A program made the position numbers and the translations under genes. 64,000 bases of DNA, from assembly GCA_023920165.1 (NCBI GenBank), contig CP089277.1:1054001-1118000 (forward strand), given 5' to 3'. This stretch comes from Curvularia clavata. Taxonomy: Eukaryota. Below are positions 1 to 12,500 of this stretch, piece after piece. How positions within the stretch are numbered: the stretch's first letter is position 1; the number at the start of each line of letters is the position of its first letter. The notes below the pieces were generated by a model, which saw nothing but the letters and a program-made list of their open reading frames with translations, was not told the DNA's origin and searched no databases.

Positions 1-1389
1 ATGCCTGGTACGAGTAAGGAGGACCACGAAGAATGTAATTATGCCAGCTCAGCATGTCACCAATCTCTCATTCAGCCAACCTCGCTCCGCCGTCTTGGCA
101 TTTGATAAGGAGTGGTATTTGGTTTTTTGACACATCTCTCCCACATTGACAATTTGGACCCGAGAATTTGTCGTACCGCTGTGGAGCACATTGAAGGCTT
201 ACTGTGCAGAGCCTAAGGCACGATAACACTGACTCTTGGTACCGTTATCGCACTGGCTAGCCGGGGCATGATAACGATGCCCCTCTATCAAAGCGCCAAG
301 CCACACACCGGTGTCGGTCTGGGGATTTGGGTGTTGGAATAACCTAACAGTATCATGTGACTCCAGCGGACGACTTGGTTCCAGCCTTATGCGTATACTG
401 TCCCTGCGTACTTAGGCCGCGCTTGTTCAATACATGGACGACCAATCTCTTTCGCCTTTCTTAACTAATGCACCTGACTCGAACTTTTTTAGTACAATGA
501 AGGCTAGGAGACGAAATAGCACGCCCCGTAGTCGAGACATCCTGAGCTTCTCCGGATTTCTATTGCATCCTGGACATTTACGAGGCATGGACGCTGCTCT
601 ACCACTTTAGCAATAGTGATATGCGGAGAAGCAGCATCATAGTGGAGCCGTAACGCCCCACAGTGTAACCCAAGACATGCTCACCAACGCGAATCTCTCT
701 GAGGCTCTTCTTCCAAACTGGTCAAAAGACAGCCTATATAGAACCTAATGCAGTCGAAGCTCACTTTCGAACTCGCAGAGAACAATCGCAAACCCTCAGC
801 GACGCTATCGGTCCACCGGCCGAAGTCGCCGTGCCTTTCTCGAAGCGGCCCGTTTCTTATCAGCATCCATCTCCGCGCCGCACCCAACCCCCCCTCGTCT
901 CTCCCAATCCTACGTGCCGATCCCGCCCTTCACGCCCGCACTGACACACGTGGAACGAACGGGCTCGCCGCAAGGGGGTTGTCGCATAAGCGGTATTGGT
1001 CAAAACCATGTTCGGAGAAAAAAAAGTGTAGGTAGGGGCGGAGAAGGTTACTTCGCGCTTTGCGGTTCCTGCTATGGTTCGATGGCCTTAGTGGCACCGC
1101 ACTCGCTGGGGGGTTGCAGGGAATGGGAACGAGGTCTGATGTAACTCCACGGCAAACAAGATTGGGTAAACCGTTGGGACTGGATTGATAGGGCGGAATT
1201 GGAGAAGTTGTACAAAAGGGTTTCTTCCGGTCGCTTGCTCTTCTCTGTCGCTGCAATCGTGTTTCCATTCCTTTTTCTTTGCTTTTGCTGCACCAGCGCT
1301 CCTCCCTAGAGAGCACTTGACTGCGCCCTTCTCTATTGGAAACCCTTATCCCCTCTAGGCCTCCGTCCAACACATTGGGCATAGCCAAC

Positions 1390-3041
1390 ATGTCAGATAT
1401 TACCAAGGACCCCGAATTGGCGAAAAATGACCTCCAAGTCACCGCCTCAGCCTCATCCGGAAACCCAAATGCCCCCGTCCCCATCGCAGGCACAACACAA
1501 CATCTTCCCACCTACGAGCACGAAAAAGCATTGACATGGAAATTCGACATCCGCATCCTGCCCATGCTAGCTGTCATGTACCTCTTCAACGCACTCGACA
1601 AGGGAAACCTCGGCAATGCAAAGACAGATGGCATGGACAAGGACCTGGGCTTCAAGGGAAACCAGTACAACATTATGCTTAGTATCTTCTACGTGCCATA
1701 TGTCCTTTTTGCGCCACCGATTGGTATGCTGGGCAAGAAGTATGGGCCGCATCGCGTGCTGCCGATTATGATGTTTTGCTTTGGGAGTGCGACGTTGTTG
1801 GCGGCTAGTGTGCAAAATTGGGGTGGAATGATGGCATTGAGGTGGTTTTTGGGTAAGTCACTTTGGTCCAATATGTGAGAATGCGATGAATGTGGAATTA
1901 ACGGTGTGATTAGGTATGTCGGAGAGTGCGTTCTTTCCGTTGGTTATTTATTATCTCACTACGTTTTACCGCCGTGGCGAGCTTGCGAGACGACTTGCGA
2001 TTTTCTATGCTGCGTCAAATATCGCGAATGCCTTTTCTGGACTGCTTGCGTTTGGTGTGTTTCACATTGAGTCCAAGTTAGATAGGTAAGTGTTTTCTTG
2101 ATGTGAACAACTTCACGATTTTTACAGCACTGGCTCTACCTTCGAGAATGGAAAGCTGACATTCAGATAGCTGGCGTTATCTGTTCATCATTGAGGGGTC
2201 GCTCACAGTCTGCTTCTCGTTCTTCGCATACTGGTATCTGCCCAAGAACGCCTATGAAGCCAACTTTCTCAATGAAGCGGAGAAAGAGCTCGCGTATACG
2301 CGCATTCAGATTGATTCCTCTTCCGTCGTCGGCCAAGAATTCAACCTGAAAGACGCTCTCAGCATTTTCAAAGAACCATCGACGTATGGCTTCCTTGCTA
2401 TCGAAGTCTGCCTGGGTGTCCCGTTGCAGTCGGTGTCGCTCTTCTTGCCGCAGATTGTCGGGAGACTTGGATACGACAAGATCAAGACGAATCTCTACAC
2501 TGTCGCACCAAATGTTGTTGGCGCCTGTGTCCTCCTTATCCTCGCCTTTGCCTCGGATTTCACCCGTCTCCGATCGCCATTTATCGCTCTAGGATTCCTC
2601 CTCACATTCATCGGCTTCATCATTTACGCCACCATCGATGTCAAGCACTCTCTCACCGTTGCGTACTTTGCTTGCTTCATGATGACATGGGGAACATCTG
2701 CACCCTCCGTGCTCCTCTCCACCTGGTACAACAACAACGTCGCGGACGAGAACCGCCGTGTGACTCTTACTTCTGTCGGTGTCCCACTGGCGAACCTGAT
2801 GGGCGTCGTCAGCTCGAACATCTTCAGGCCGCAGGACGCGCCCTCGTATATCCCTGCGCTGGCTACGACAGCGGCGTTTGGAGCAACGGGAGCCTTGAGT
2901 GCGGCACTGCTGGGTCTCTATATGATGATCGATAACAAGAGGAGGAATTCGAAGCAGGGTGTCAATCTCACGGCAAAAGACGTCTCGACGGAGAAGTTGA
3001 GGGATGGGCCTAAGAATCCTGAGTTTAGGTGGTTCTTGTAA
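1390..3041 (+). CDS. MFS transporter, anion:cation symporter (allantoate permease/DAL5-like) family; 3 exons (~1390-1852, 1914-2085, 2171-3041)
   Basis: Motifs KFDIRILP..YLFNALDKGNLGNAK, GMSESAFFP..YLTTFYRRGELARR and WRYLFIIEG join in frame after removing two GT-AG introns; many hydrophobic helices. Confidence 0.9.
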
Positions 3042-3739
3042 GATTCCAAACAGCGGAAATCTAAAAAGTGGCTATTTTTCGACTGCAGCTAGATACCAAT
3101 AGTTCAAATGTTGTTATTGTATATTGGAAACGAGGCTTGTGCTTGGAGAGCTTGAGCCGGTAAGCGGAAATGCTCCTGAAGCCACCGTGCCTGACTTGGT
3201 CACGCGTGACCCGTTCCCCGAATGAGCACGAGACAAGTGTGGAGGCTAGCGCATCTTCTGGGTCTGCCTCGCCATCATCAGCAAGCATGGGATGAGAGGT
3301 GCAAGAGGATTGATGTGATTGAAGTGTGCATGTTGTGCTTTCACAGCCCACAGAGAAACCACATGAATAGAATCAAGCATACAGCTGCAAGCAGTGACTG
3401 CTGCAGGGGGATCATCCAGACAGCGTCATGTACGTAGCTGAGGCGCGCGTCGCCGGCCCCAGCGCTAGCGCCATCTCTTATCGCCGAGGCGGGTGCTCCT
3501 ACATCACTCGTCGCGCAACCTCACGCGCCTCACTTACGGTCCTACACCATCACGGGTTACAGCTTGGAGCTCAAAGCTGCCTAGCACCGTGCCGCTGAGT
3601 CCATCTATACTCTCGTCCTCCATCTTCCATTTCTCTCCATCACTTCTGCCTACAATCATCTTTCCTTGTAGGCAACTAGGTTGCGCCCGATAAGCATACA
3701 GGCACTCGACGAGCTCCGGAAGCTCGACTCATCTCCATC

Positions 3740-5085
3740 ATGGCGGTCAAAGCAGCAGTACCGTTTCTGGTGGCTATGATGCTGTTGACAGGTGTATGCA
3801 ATACGCTGTTGACAAAGTACCAAGTATACCAACCCCCCTTCCCATGAGTCAATCATCTCGATGCTGACGCCTGCGACCAGGACATGCAATGCGTCAAGAA
3901 CTGCGACTCTCCCTCGTCGAAACAGAAAGAACACTTTGAGCAGCCCGTTCTCCAGACGCTGCAGATGTTTATTGGAGAAATGGGCTGCTGGCTCGTCATT
4001 GGCGCTTTTACTCTCTACCAGCGATACGCGACGGCAAAGGCAGGCTACGAGCCCATCCCGGACGGCGCAGAGACTCCTGCTTCGGAGGAAAGCGAGACGG
4101 CGCCTGTTGCGAACCCGCTCAAGCCGGCTCATCCAGATGACGAGGGTAGGATTCCGCTCCAAGGACGCAACATCTTCTTGCTGGCGCTTCCGGCGTGCTG
4201 CGATATCGCTGGCACGACGCTCATGAATGTCGGACTGCTGTTTGTCGCGGCCAGTATCTACCAGATGACCAGGGGTGCACTGGTTCTGTTCGTTGGTCTG
4301 TTCAGCGTGTGGTTCCTCAAGCGCCATCTCGGATTGTACAAGTGGTTCTCGCTATTCGTGGTCGTGACGGGTGTCGCGATTGTTGGACTCGCTGGCGCCA
4401 TCACCAGGGATGACAAGGCGACGCCTGGTCACAAGTCTGTTCATGAGACTGCTACTGGGTCGGACGAGGTGAAGGCGGCCGCTTCTCAAGCTGCCATGAC
4501 CATCATTGGTGTGCTGCTCATTGCTGGTGCGCAGATCTTCACTGCCACTCAGTTTGTGCTTGAGGAGAGGATCATGGAAAAGTACTCCATGGAGCCTATC
4601 AAGGTTGTCGGCTGGGAAGGTGTCTTTGGATTCTTGGTCACATTCATTGGCATGATTGTCCTGCACTTCTCTATCGGAACGGGCTACTTCAACGCCAGAG
4701 AGGGCCTGTATCAGATGTTCCATTATCGGGCCATCGCAGTCTCCTCCGTGTTGATCATGATTAGCATTGGGTATGTATCCTTCCAGTGGATTCGATGGTA
4801 TCACCACTAACTCTGTGCAGTGGCTTCAACTTCTTCGGTCTCTCTGTTACTCGCACCGTCTCTGCGACTTCGCGCTCGACCATTGATACCTGCCGCACGC
4901 TCTTCATCTGGATTGTGTCGCTCGGACTTGGCTGGGAGACTTTCAAATGGCTGCAGGTTCTCGGTTTCGCTTTGTTGGTGTACGGAACCTTCTTGTTCAA
5001 CGACTTGATTCGCCCGCCGCTAAAGGCGTGCGTCGAGAGGCACCACGAGCCGCTACTGCCTGAGGAGCCGATTGAGCATATCTAG
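3740..5085 (+). CDS. SLC35F6-like / nucleotide-sugar transporter-like DMT superfamily membrane protein; introns ~3824-3880 and ~4771-4820
   Basis: MAVKAAVPFLVAMMLLTGVCNTLLTKYQ|DMQC, FEQPVLQTLQMFIGEMGC, ASIYQMTRGALVLF, SATSRSTIDTCRTLFIW. Confidence 0.85.
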
Positions 5086-5447
5086 TCAGTGGCATAGAGA
5101 GTAGACTGGTACAGGCGCTTTGTACACGGGATCCTGAAGGGCGGCGTTGTTTGGGCATTTTTTCGAGGGTTACAGTTTGTCTTTAATTTTCAAGCATCAT
5201 CTTGCACCATGTCATTTCATCACCAGCCACATATTGCAATCATCTATTTTACGTGCTGCCTTGGCATGGCAGATCCTCGCTATCTTATCAGTTGTGGTTG
5301 GTGACGAAGATGGTTAGCGCGCACTCGGTTAAGCGACCGACCATCGAATTGTCTTGATCTTGTGCATCACGACTTCGATAACAACGGCTCGACTTTTCTG
5401 AACACCCACGCCCGGAGTTCAGTTACGCCCATCGACAGTTCGACAAA

Positions 5448-6531
5448 ATGGCCACCACTCAAACCGCAATGTGAGTACACCGGCTCGTCACCGCTGCAGC
5501 CCCGCGCGCAATTGGGAACAAGTACTGACGGCCTGTAGCTCCAAGAGGAGAAAGTTCGTTGCTGGTACGGTATACCCATTCCACAGTCCCAGGATAGAGA
5601 GAAAGAGACCTGGAAGAGATTGGAGGTGGATCTGCCTTTGGCGGCCGCTGCCAGGGTCGTAGGATGTCGAATGCGAGACGGTCGAAATCATGCGCACACA
5701 GAAACAGATTGGCTAACACAACTTCCCACAGACGGTGTTTTCTACGCCGAGCTGAACGAGTTCTTCCAGCGCGAGCTGGCCGAGGAGGGCTACTCCGGCG
5801 TCGAGGTCCGCGTCACTCCCACCGTCACCGACATCATCATCCGCGCCACACACACCCAGGAGGTTCTTGGAGAGCAGGGTCGCCGCATCCGTGAGCTCAC
5901 CTCGCTCATCCAGAAGCGCTTCAAGTTCCCCGAGAACTCTGTCTCCCTCTACGCCGCCAAGGTCCAGAACCGTGGTCTCTCCGCCGTCGCCCAGTGCGAG
6001 TCCCTCCGATACAAGCTTCTCAATGGTTTGGCCGTCCGAAGGGCTTGCTACGGTGTCCTGAGGTTCATCATGGAGTCTGGCGCCAAGGGTTGTGAGGTCG
6101 TCGTCTCCGGAAAGCTCAGGGCCGCCCGTGCCAAGAGCATGAAGTTCACTGTATGCTTCCCTGCTTTCCCTGTATTGAGATTGGCATATTGACAAGCGTA
6201 GGACGGTTTCATGATCCACTCCGGTCAGCCTGCCAAGGACTTCATTGACCACGCCACCCGCCACGTCCTGCTCCGCCAGGGTGTGCTCGGTATCAAGGTC
6301 AAGATTATGCGCGGTTCTGACCCCGAGGGCAAGGCCGGCCCATCCAAGTCTCTTCCCGACTCCGTCACCATCATCGAGCCCAAGGAGGAGCAGCCCGTTG
6401 TCCAGCCCATGTCGCAAGACTACGGCGCCAAGGCTATCGCCGCCCAGCAGGCTGCGGAGCAGGCCAGGCAGGCCGAGCAAGGCGAGGGCGAGGCCCAGCC
6501 TGCTGGTGAGGGTTACTCTGGAGAGCAGTAG
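5448..6531 (+). CDS. RPS3: 40S ribosomal protein S3 (uS3); 4 exons (5448-5470, 5539-5564, 5732-6150, 6202-6531)
   Basis: [58 protein letters not shown]; strong codon bias; canonical splice sites. Confidence 0.98.
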
Positions 6532-7240
6532 GTTGGTTCTTTACTGCGGGCGCAATGAGGTTACGAAAAGGGCATTTAGCGAAAAGTTATGATGCCATTA
6601 CGAACCCTGACATAAATTCCTTTGCACTTTCGGAACGGGCTGGGCTGCTTTTGATAGGGAGGGAATAAGGAGTCTCCACTGCTTCACTGCTATGTACTCA
6701 ATGAAACCACCCAAACATCAAAGATGGCTTTGACCAACTGAACTGTTCTTGTCATTTGTCATGTCTTCTGTCTTGCTTGTCTGGGTTGTACAAGTCACTT
6801 AAGGATGATTGATGAACTGCACTTCATCATGTCACGTGTGTGTCCCTCTTCAACATGTGTCATGGATGTCTCGTGCGTTGCCGTATTGGGGCAGGATTCC
6901 GGTCGGAGATATTACCCCTCGCACTATCGTATCTGACAAGTCAGGTGTTTCGAAACACCTCCCTTGTGTACAGCGGAGCACAAGGCCCCTAGTGTGATTG
7001 GCGGAAGTACTGTCTTCGACACTTTATTTTCGGGTCTACGCTACTTTTCCAAGCCGCAATGTAATGAAGGAAGGATAGGCAGGCGGGTCACCTCGTTTAA
7101 GAGAGCTTGTCCGCGGCCCGTGTATTGCAGGACTTGGAGGATGGTCTTGGATATATATCATCTAGCATCCTTGTGAATGGAGAAATTGTAGTTTTACTCC
7201 TACACCTCTCTCCCCCGGTGTCTCTAAAACTGCGCCCAAA

Positions 7241-8320
7241 ATGCGTCTCACAACCCTCCTTTCGACGCTGCTCTGCACCAGCACAGTGCTCGCGGCTCTC
7301 CCCTTCAAAGGCGCAGACTGGTCCTCGCTGCTCATTGAAGAAGCCGCCGGTAAAAAGTACAAGAACAGTGCCGGCACCGTGCAACCCCTCGAAACCATCC
7401 TCAAGGCCTCCGGCGTCAACACCGTCCGCCAGCGCATCTGGGTCAACCCATCCGGCGGCAACTACAACCTCGACTACAATCTGCGCCTGGCTAAGCGCGC
7501 CAAAGCCGCCGGCCTAAACATCTACCTCGATTTCCACTATAGCGACAACTGGGCGGACCCCGGCAAGCAAGCCACACCTGCTGCTTGGCAGAGCCTGAGC
7601 AAAGAAGCTCTCGTGAAACAAGTCTACGACTACACCAAATCGACGCTCGACGCGTTCCAGAAAAATGGTATTCAGCTTCAACTCGTTAGTATCGGCAACG
7701 AAATCACATCCGGCATGCTTTTCCCCATTGGCAAGTTGAACAGTAACGACAAGGGTGCGGCCGCGAATCTCGCTGCCCTGCTTAAATCCGCGAGCCAAGG
7801 CGTCAAAGCATCTTCCTTGAGTCCCAAACCCAAAATCATGATCCATCTCGACAACGGCTGGAACTGGGAGACGCAAAAGTGGTGGTACGATCTCGTTCTC
7901 GGGTCTGGAGGCGGCCTGTCGCTCTCTGATTTCGACATCCAGGGCGTGTCGTATTATCCTTTTTACAATAGCGCGGCTACGCTGTCTGCGTTGGGCAGCT
8001 CGCTGGCGAACATGGCGAACAAGTATGGAAAGGAGGTTATGGTGGTGGAGACAAATTGGCCGTCTTGGTGCCCGAACCCCAAATATGCTTTCCCTGCGGA
8101 TACTAAGTCGATTCCGATTTCTGTGGATGGACAGGTTACGTGGATGAAGGAGGTGGCGAAGAGGGTGGCGGCGGTGTCGGGTGGAAAGGGTACTGGGCTG
8201 TTTTACTGGGAGCCGGCGTGGATTGATAACGCGGGTCTGGGTAGCAGCTGTGGATGGAACTTGATGTTTGGAGATGACGGCAAGGTTATGAACAGTTTGG
8301 CTGTCTTTGGATCCATCTAG
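7241..8320 (+). CDS. Secreted GH53 endo-beta-1,4-galactanase
   Basis: Signal peptide; KGADWSS, GVNTVRQRIWVNP, DFHYSDNWADPGKQ, SIGNEI (acid/base), VVETNW (nucleophile), FYWEPAW. Confidence 0.95.
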   Translation: MRLTTLLSTLLCTSTVLAALPFKGADWSSLLIEEAAGKKYKNSAGTVQPLETILKASGVNTVRQRIWVNPSGGNYNLDYNLRLAKRAKAAGLNIYLDFHYSDNWADPGKQATPAAWQSLSKEALVKQVYDYTKSTLDAFQKNGIQLQLVSIGNEITSGMLFPIGKLNSNDKGAAANLAALLKSASQGVKASSLSPKPKIMIHLDNGWNWETQKWWYDLVLGSGGGLSLSDFDIQGVSYYPFYNSAATLSALGSSLANMANKYGKEVMVVETNWPSWCPNPKYAFPADTKSIPISVDGQVTWMKEVAKRVAAVSGGKGTGLFYWEPAWIDNAGLGSSCGWNLMFGDDGKVMNSLAVFGSI

Positions 8321-8474
8321 ATGTTGGAGTGGGTGTTGGAAGAGGAAAAGAAGTGACTGAAGGAGAGGGGGGAAGAAAGACGGCTGAGGGAAAAAGACGA
8401 GAAGAAACATTCAGTGTACATATTTTCTACAGTCGACGTACATATACCGCCAGCAAACAAGGAATTCGGCTCTT

Positions 8475-9532
8475 TTACTGATCAAAGTTCTTGACCTCAG
8501 GCATCATGCCTAGACCCTTACCCTCCTGCTGCTTTTGGCCTTCGCCTTCAATGACGCCGCCTGCCTTCCTCTCATTGACGTGTTTGCGGAGCAGACTGAG
8601 AATCTCGCTGCCCTTCCACCTGTTGGGGACAGGTCTGTACGCAGGCTTAAAGGTACCGACCGTCTGCGCCCACTCACCCTCTCCAGGATCCCGCTTGCGC
8701 TCATCCTTTTCCGGTAGTTTGGTCTGCGTCGCCGCATCCTTGCCCTGTGCATTGGCAGTCGACAAAGATGATCCAGCACCCTCGGCCGTTTCGTGCGAAG
8801 TGGGCGTGGGTTCTTGAGTGGCCCAGTAGTAAATGTCCCAATCATTTTCATCCAGGAAAGAATCGTATTGCTGCATTAGAGAAGGGGACATGGTCGCAAG
8901 GTGCGTGTCGGCGAAGGTGCTGAGCAGCAGATCACTTTCTAGTGTTCCCCGCTTCCGGCTTTGGTCTGTGAATTGTTAGTAAACCTGCGTTTTCGTCCAG
9001 CATGGTGCCATGATCATGACATCGTTCGTCATGTGAAGCACAAGACGGGGGATCGTAGGAACAGACATAATAATCTTGCACGCATCGTATTCGCGTCTTC
9101 GCCTGTCCGCTTGATAGGCTCGACCTTGAACTTGGCACCCTCCATCTCGCCAACGCCGAGCTCGCTGTTGTTTCCACTCACATCTTGGCCCTTGCTGCTC
9201 TGCGTGCCGCCAGTCATACGCTCAGTGTTCTCAGGAACAGAGTCCTTGGGCGTGAACTTTTTGTCTGCGTTGGTGATCAACTCTGGCGGGGCAGCATCTT
9301 CACCAACGGGGGGCATTTCGTTGGCGATGGTCGAGGTCGTGTTGGTCAGATGCGGGTTCAGAGGCTTCTCCATCTGGTATCTCCGGTAGGTTTCCGAGGT
9401 GTCATTTGTGCGCTTGTTGAGCGCATCGAACTCGCCATTGCGGAGGGACGCGACACTGAAAGTGCGGCATTGAGTACGCTGGAGCGAGAGAAGAGCTCTT
9501 GATGAGCGGGCGACAAGTCTGGACGAAGCCAT
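8475..9532 (-). CDS. SDH5: Succinate dehydrogenase assembly factor 2 (flavinator); intron 9066-8966
   Basis: Arg/Ser-rich presequence; spliced [41 protein letters not shown]. Confidence 0.93.
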
Positions 9533-12500
9533 CGTGCTTTGTGATGAGAGAATGGTGCGGGGAGTGTCAATTGCGCTTGACCGAGAGATGTTGAAAGGTG
9601 GGTTACCGAGGACGATGGAAAACGTCACTGGTCCAAGCTCTTGGATGACTAACACAAATGATCCCTGCTGATCCGCTCAGAGAGTCTATTACTCTTAGAC
9701 ATCGCCCAATGGCGTTTCGATCTTTTTATACAGATTTGGACATAACATTGCCGATGATTTTATCAAAAACCCTGTTCATGTTCGACACATCATGCTGAGA
9801 GGATACGGGTCATGACGTTGAAACAAAGATAGCGGAACCTAGACGCTACTAGTTGTACCATCGCAATGTAGCTTGGTATTTCTTCTATCGACTGCCCACA
9901 GTACCAGCATCACTTTTTTTTTTGAAAGAGAACTGCTGCGAAGCATTCCTCAAGGTTTCTAGGCTTTGTCAATCATAGTCTGCATTAAGAATGTTTTCGC
10001 ACAAGCATACTGAAGCAGTATTTTTCTATGTTTGTATTGTTGTTCGGTGTACTAAAACAGTCGAATAAAAACTCCTACAACAGTGCAGCCATGCACCAAC
10101 GTTCACAAATCGCATTGCATAGCTCTTGGGCAGGATGGATAGACATTAGTATACAGATAGTGAGCAATCGGATTATTTCCATAATTCTCCACATAAGTTT
10201 ATACTGTTGTGATGATTGTCACAGTGAGTCGGGTTTTTTTAGTGGGCATATTCTTATCTGGCTTCTAAGCAGGTACCTGCACTGAGGAATTGGGCATAAA
10301 ATATGTTTCGCTGATACCTGGTAACAACACACATACGGGAACAATAACCTATAAAGCCATAAGAATGTGTCTAGAACATTGCAATGTTGCCTAAAACCCA
10401 ATCATGTCGGCCCTGATCATCCCTTGCTATTCCATGAACATCTCGACCGTTCAGACAAACTTTAGTGGGGTGAACCGGCTCGAATGCCAAAGTTCTCACC
10501 CTGAGCACCTCAAGACTGGTAAGGATTACTGTGGATATATAGAGAAAATATGCAAAAGTACGCCTTTGGGGTCTAGGACCCAGAGTGAAGTCAAATGTTG
10601 TGAATATCTTCATGCATGGGCCAACCCATGTCATCTCGTTGGCGTTCCAGACCCAGCTGAGCCCAGCTGTCGTCGCTGCTAGTGCAGCCACATGTTCGCC
10701 ATAGGCTACATGCGGGCGTCAAAGACCTTGCAAGGATTGACGTGACAGCTTGCACATCCCTGATTTGCTTCTGTACCGAGGAGTGGCTGTTTTTTCGGAT
10801 ACGCGCAGCGGCCATGGTGTCACTGCCGAACACCTGTCAAACCCTCTTCCGGTGCAGCATGTGTGCATCCCCGATGCGAGACCAAAATCTAGACCTGGCG
10901 ATTGTTGAAACACTGCCAGCTTTTTCGCTTATACGAGAGTCACGTTTTCCATCCCATCTGAAACTTAGTGTTTCAATGTTTGGATGACCAAACAGGCCAG
11001 AAAGAAGTGTACATATGGCAAAAGCTTCCCAAAACTTGAGGAGTGTATCTGAAAATCAATTTATGCAGCCCTGGCGGTTCACAAGGCGCAATCTTGCCCA
11101 AGGTGACGGAGACGAGCTCGCGATCGGTCGTTCCGGGGGATTTCACCAGCCACGTAACCGACCCTCTGGGACAACTTCCCGAGCAAAAAGAAAAGCCTCC
11201 AATTGGTTGCCACGTATCCTGGACACAACCTTCTCTCCTTCGCATTGTCAACAGCTCTAAAATCTAGACCTATGTGGAACAGCATTGCGAATCATGAAAC
11301 TCCAACACCCGCCAGCTCACCACAATGTTCTGGAGGAGAAAAGAAATGAAAAACAAACCCAGGAAAGTCGTAACACTTTCGACCACACCGTTAAGCCCGC
11401 TCTAGAATTGTTTTTGCTTCTGTCAGTTACCATCTCGATGGCATGAGCGTGGCATGATGTTCGAGCGTTTTGTTGACAACAAAAGCATTCGGATCGTTTG
11501 ATGGCAGCTAGGGACGCTTTCCGCTCGCTTGGAACACTGCCCGGCGTACTGGTACCTTGAATGGCTTGCTGCAAAACGGTATCGTATGACCTCGTATTCG
11601 GGTCCTGCATGTCGTTATTGTGGGAGTAGCCGGGGCTTTTTGTGGCGCTTTTTCTTCAAACGATCGAAGATCGTAGTTGAAAAATATCAGAAAGATCGAT
11701 TCGGTTAATGCTTGCAGTACAAGCGATTATTGCGTGATCTTTGCATGGGCTTGTAATTGACTCGCGAGTGTAGAATGATGAAGGGGTGAATAAGATTGGT
11801 CAAGAGCGCCATGGGGGGTCAATCAAAGGAGCATCCAATGGCCCTCACAGGATTTTGAGAGACTATCAAGTAGTGCTGAGATCTTGTAATACTGTCCCTT
11901 GCATCAACGGTGGGTTAACAAAGCCCCGCGGAGGTAGTCATTGTGACTCAATTCTTTTTCAGCCATTGAGAATCGCAACACCATCACAATAACCGAGGGT
12001 AAATTAGCCGCTGGTAATAATGCGGAACTCCCCTAAAACCGCCTTTGTATTTTCCTTCTGTTGCACTGTTGTTTTGACGTCCAGGGATTCGCCAATTGGT
12101 ATCTTAATGGCTGTCAGACATGGCCACGGCAGCCAACTGTATATGATTTTGCTTGACTCGACATGGAACTAAGGTATCAGATATTTGATCTGTTGAATTT
12201 GGAACTTGTAGTAACAGTGGTCAATGTTGACTGGGCAAGAGGACACTTACACAAGGATAGATTCGATTGGTTGAATGGATTGATTTTAAGAAAATTGGTG
12301 TTGTTGATATCTTTATATGATTCGAGGAGCGTGTACATCTTGTGACGTGACTCAAACGGGATATGCAACCATTACGGCATATTATCATCACGATATGACC
12401 AAACACCAACGATCGGATACAAAGGGCAAAACGATAAACAGTTGCTCATAATATGCAAGTTGCTCTTGCTGTTGCTCGTAGTTGATGTCGCAACTAGCTT

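Noticed and set aside
100..1350. Scattered GATA sites upstream of the allantoate-type permease
   Set aside because: Compatible with AreA control but the density is not clearly above chance
5565..5731. Possible intronic snoRNA in RPS3 intron 2
   Set aside because: No box C/D pair or clear H/ACA structure visible
5713..6480. 255-aa antisense ORF over RPS3 (and similar shadow ORFs over GH53, the SLC35 gene, MIP1 and VPS38)
   Set aside because: Expected by-product of biased codon usage on the sense strand; no recognisable motifs
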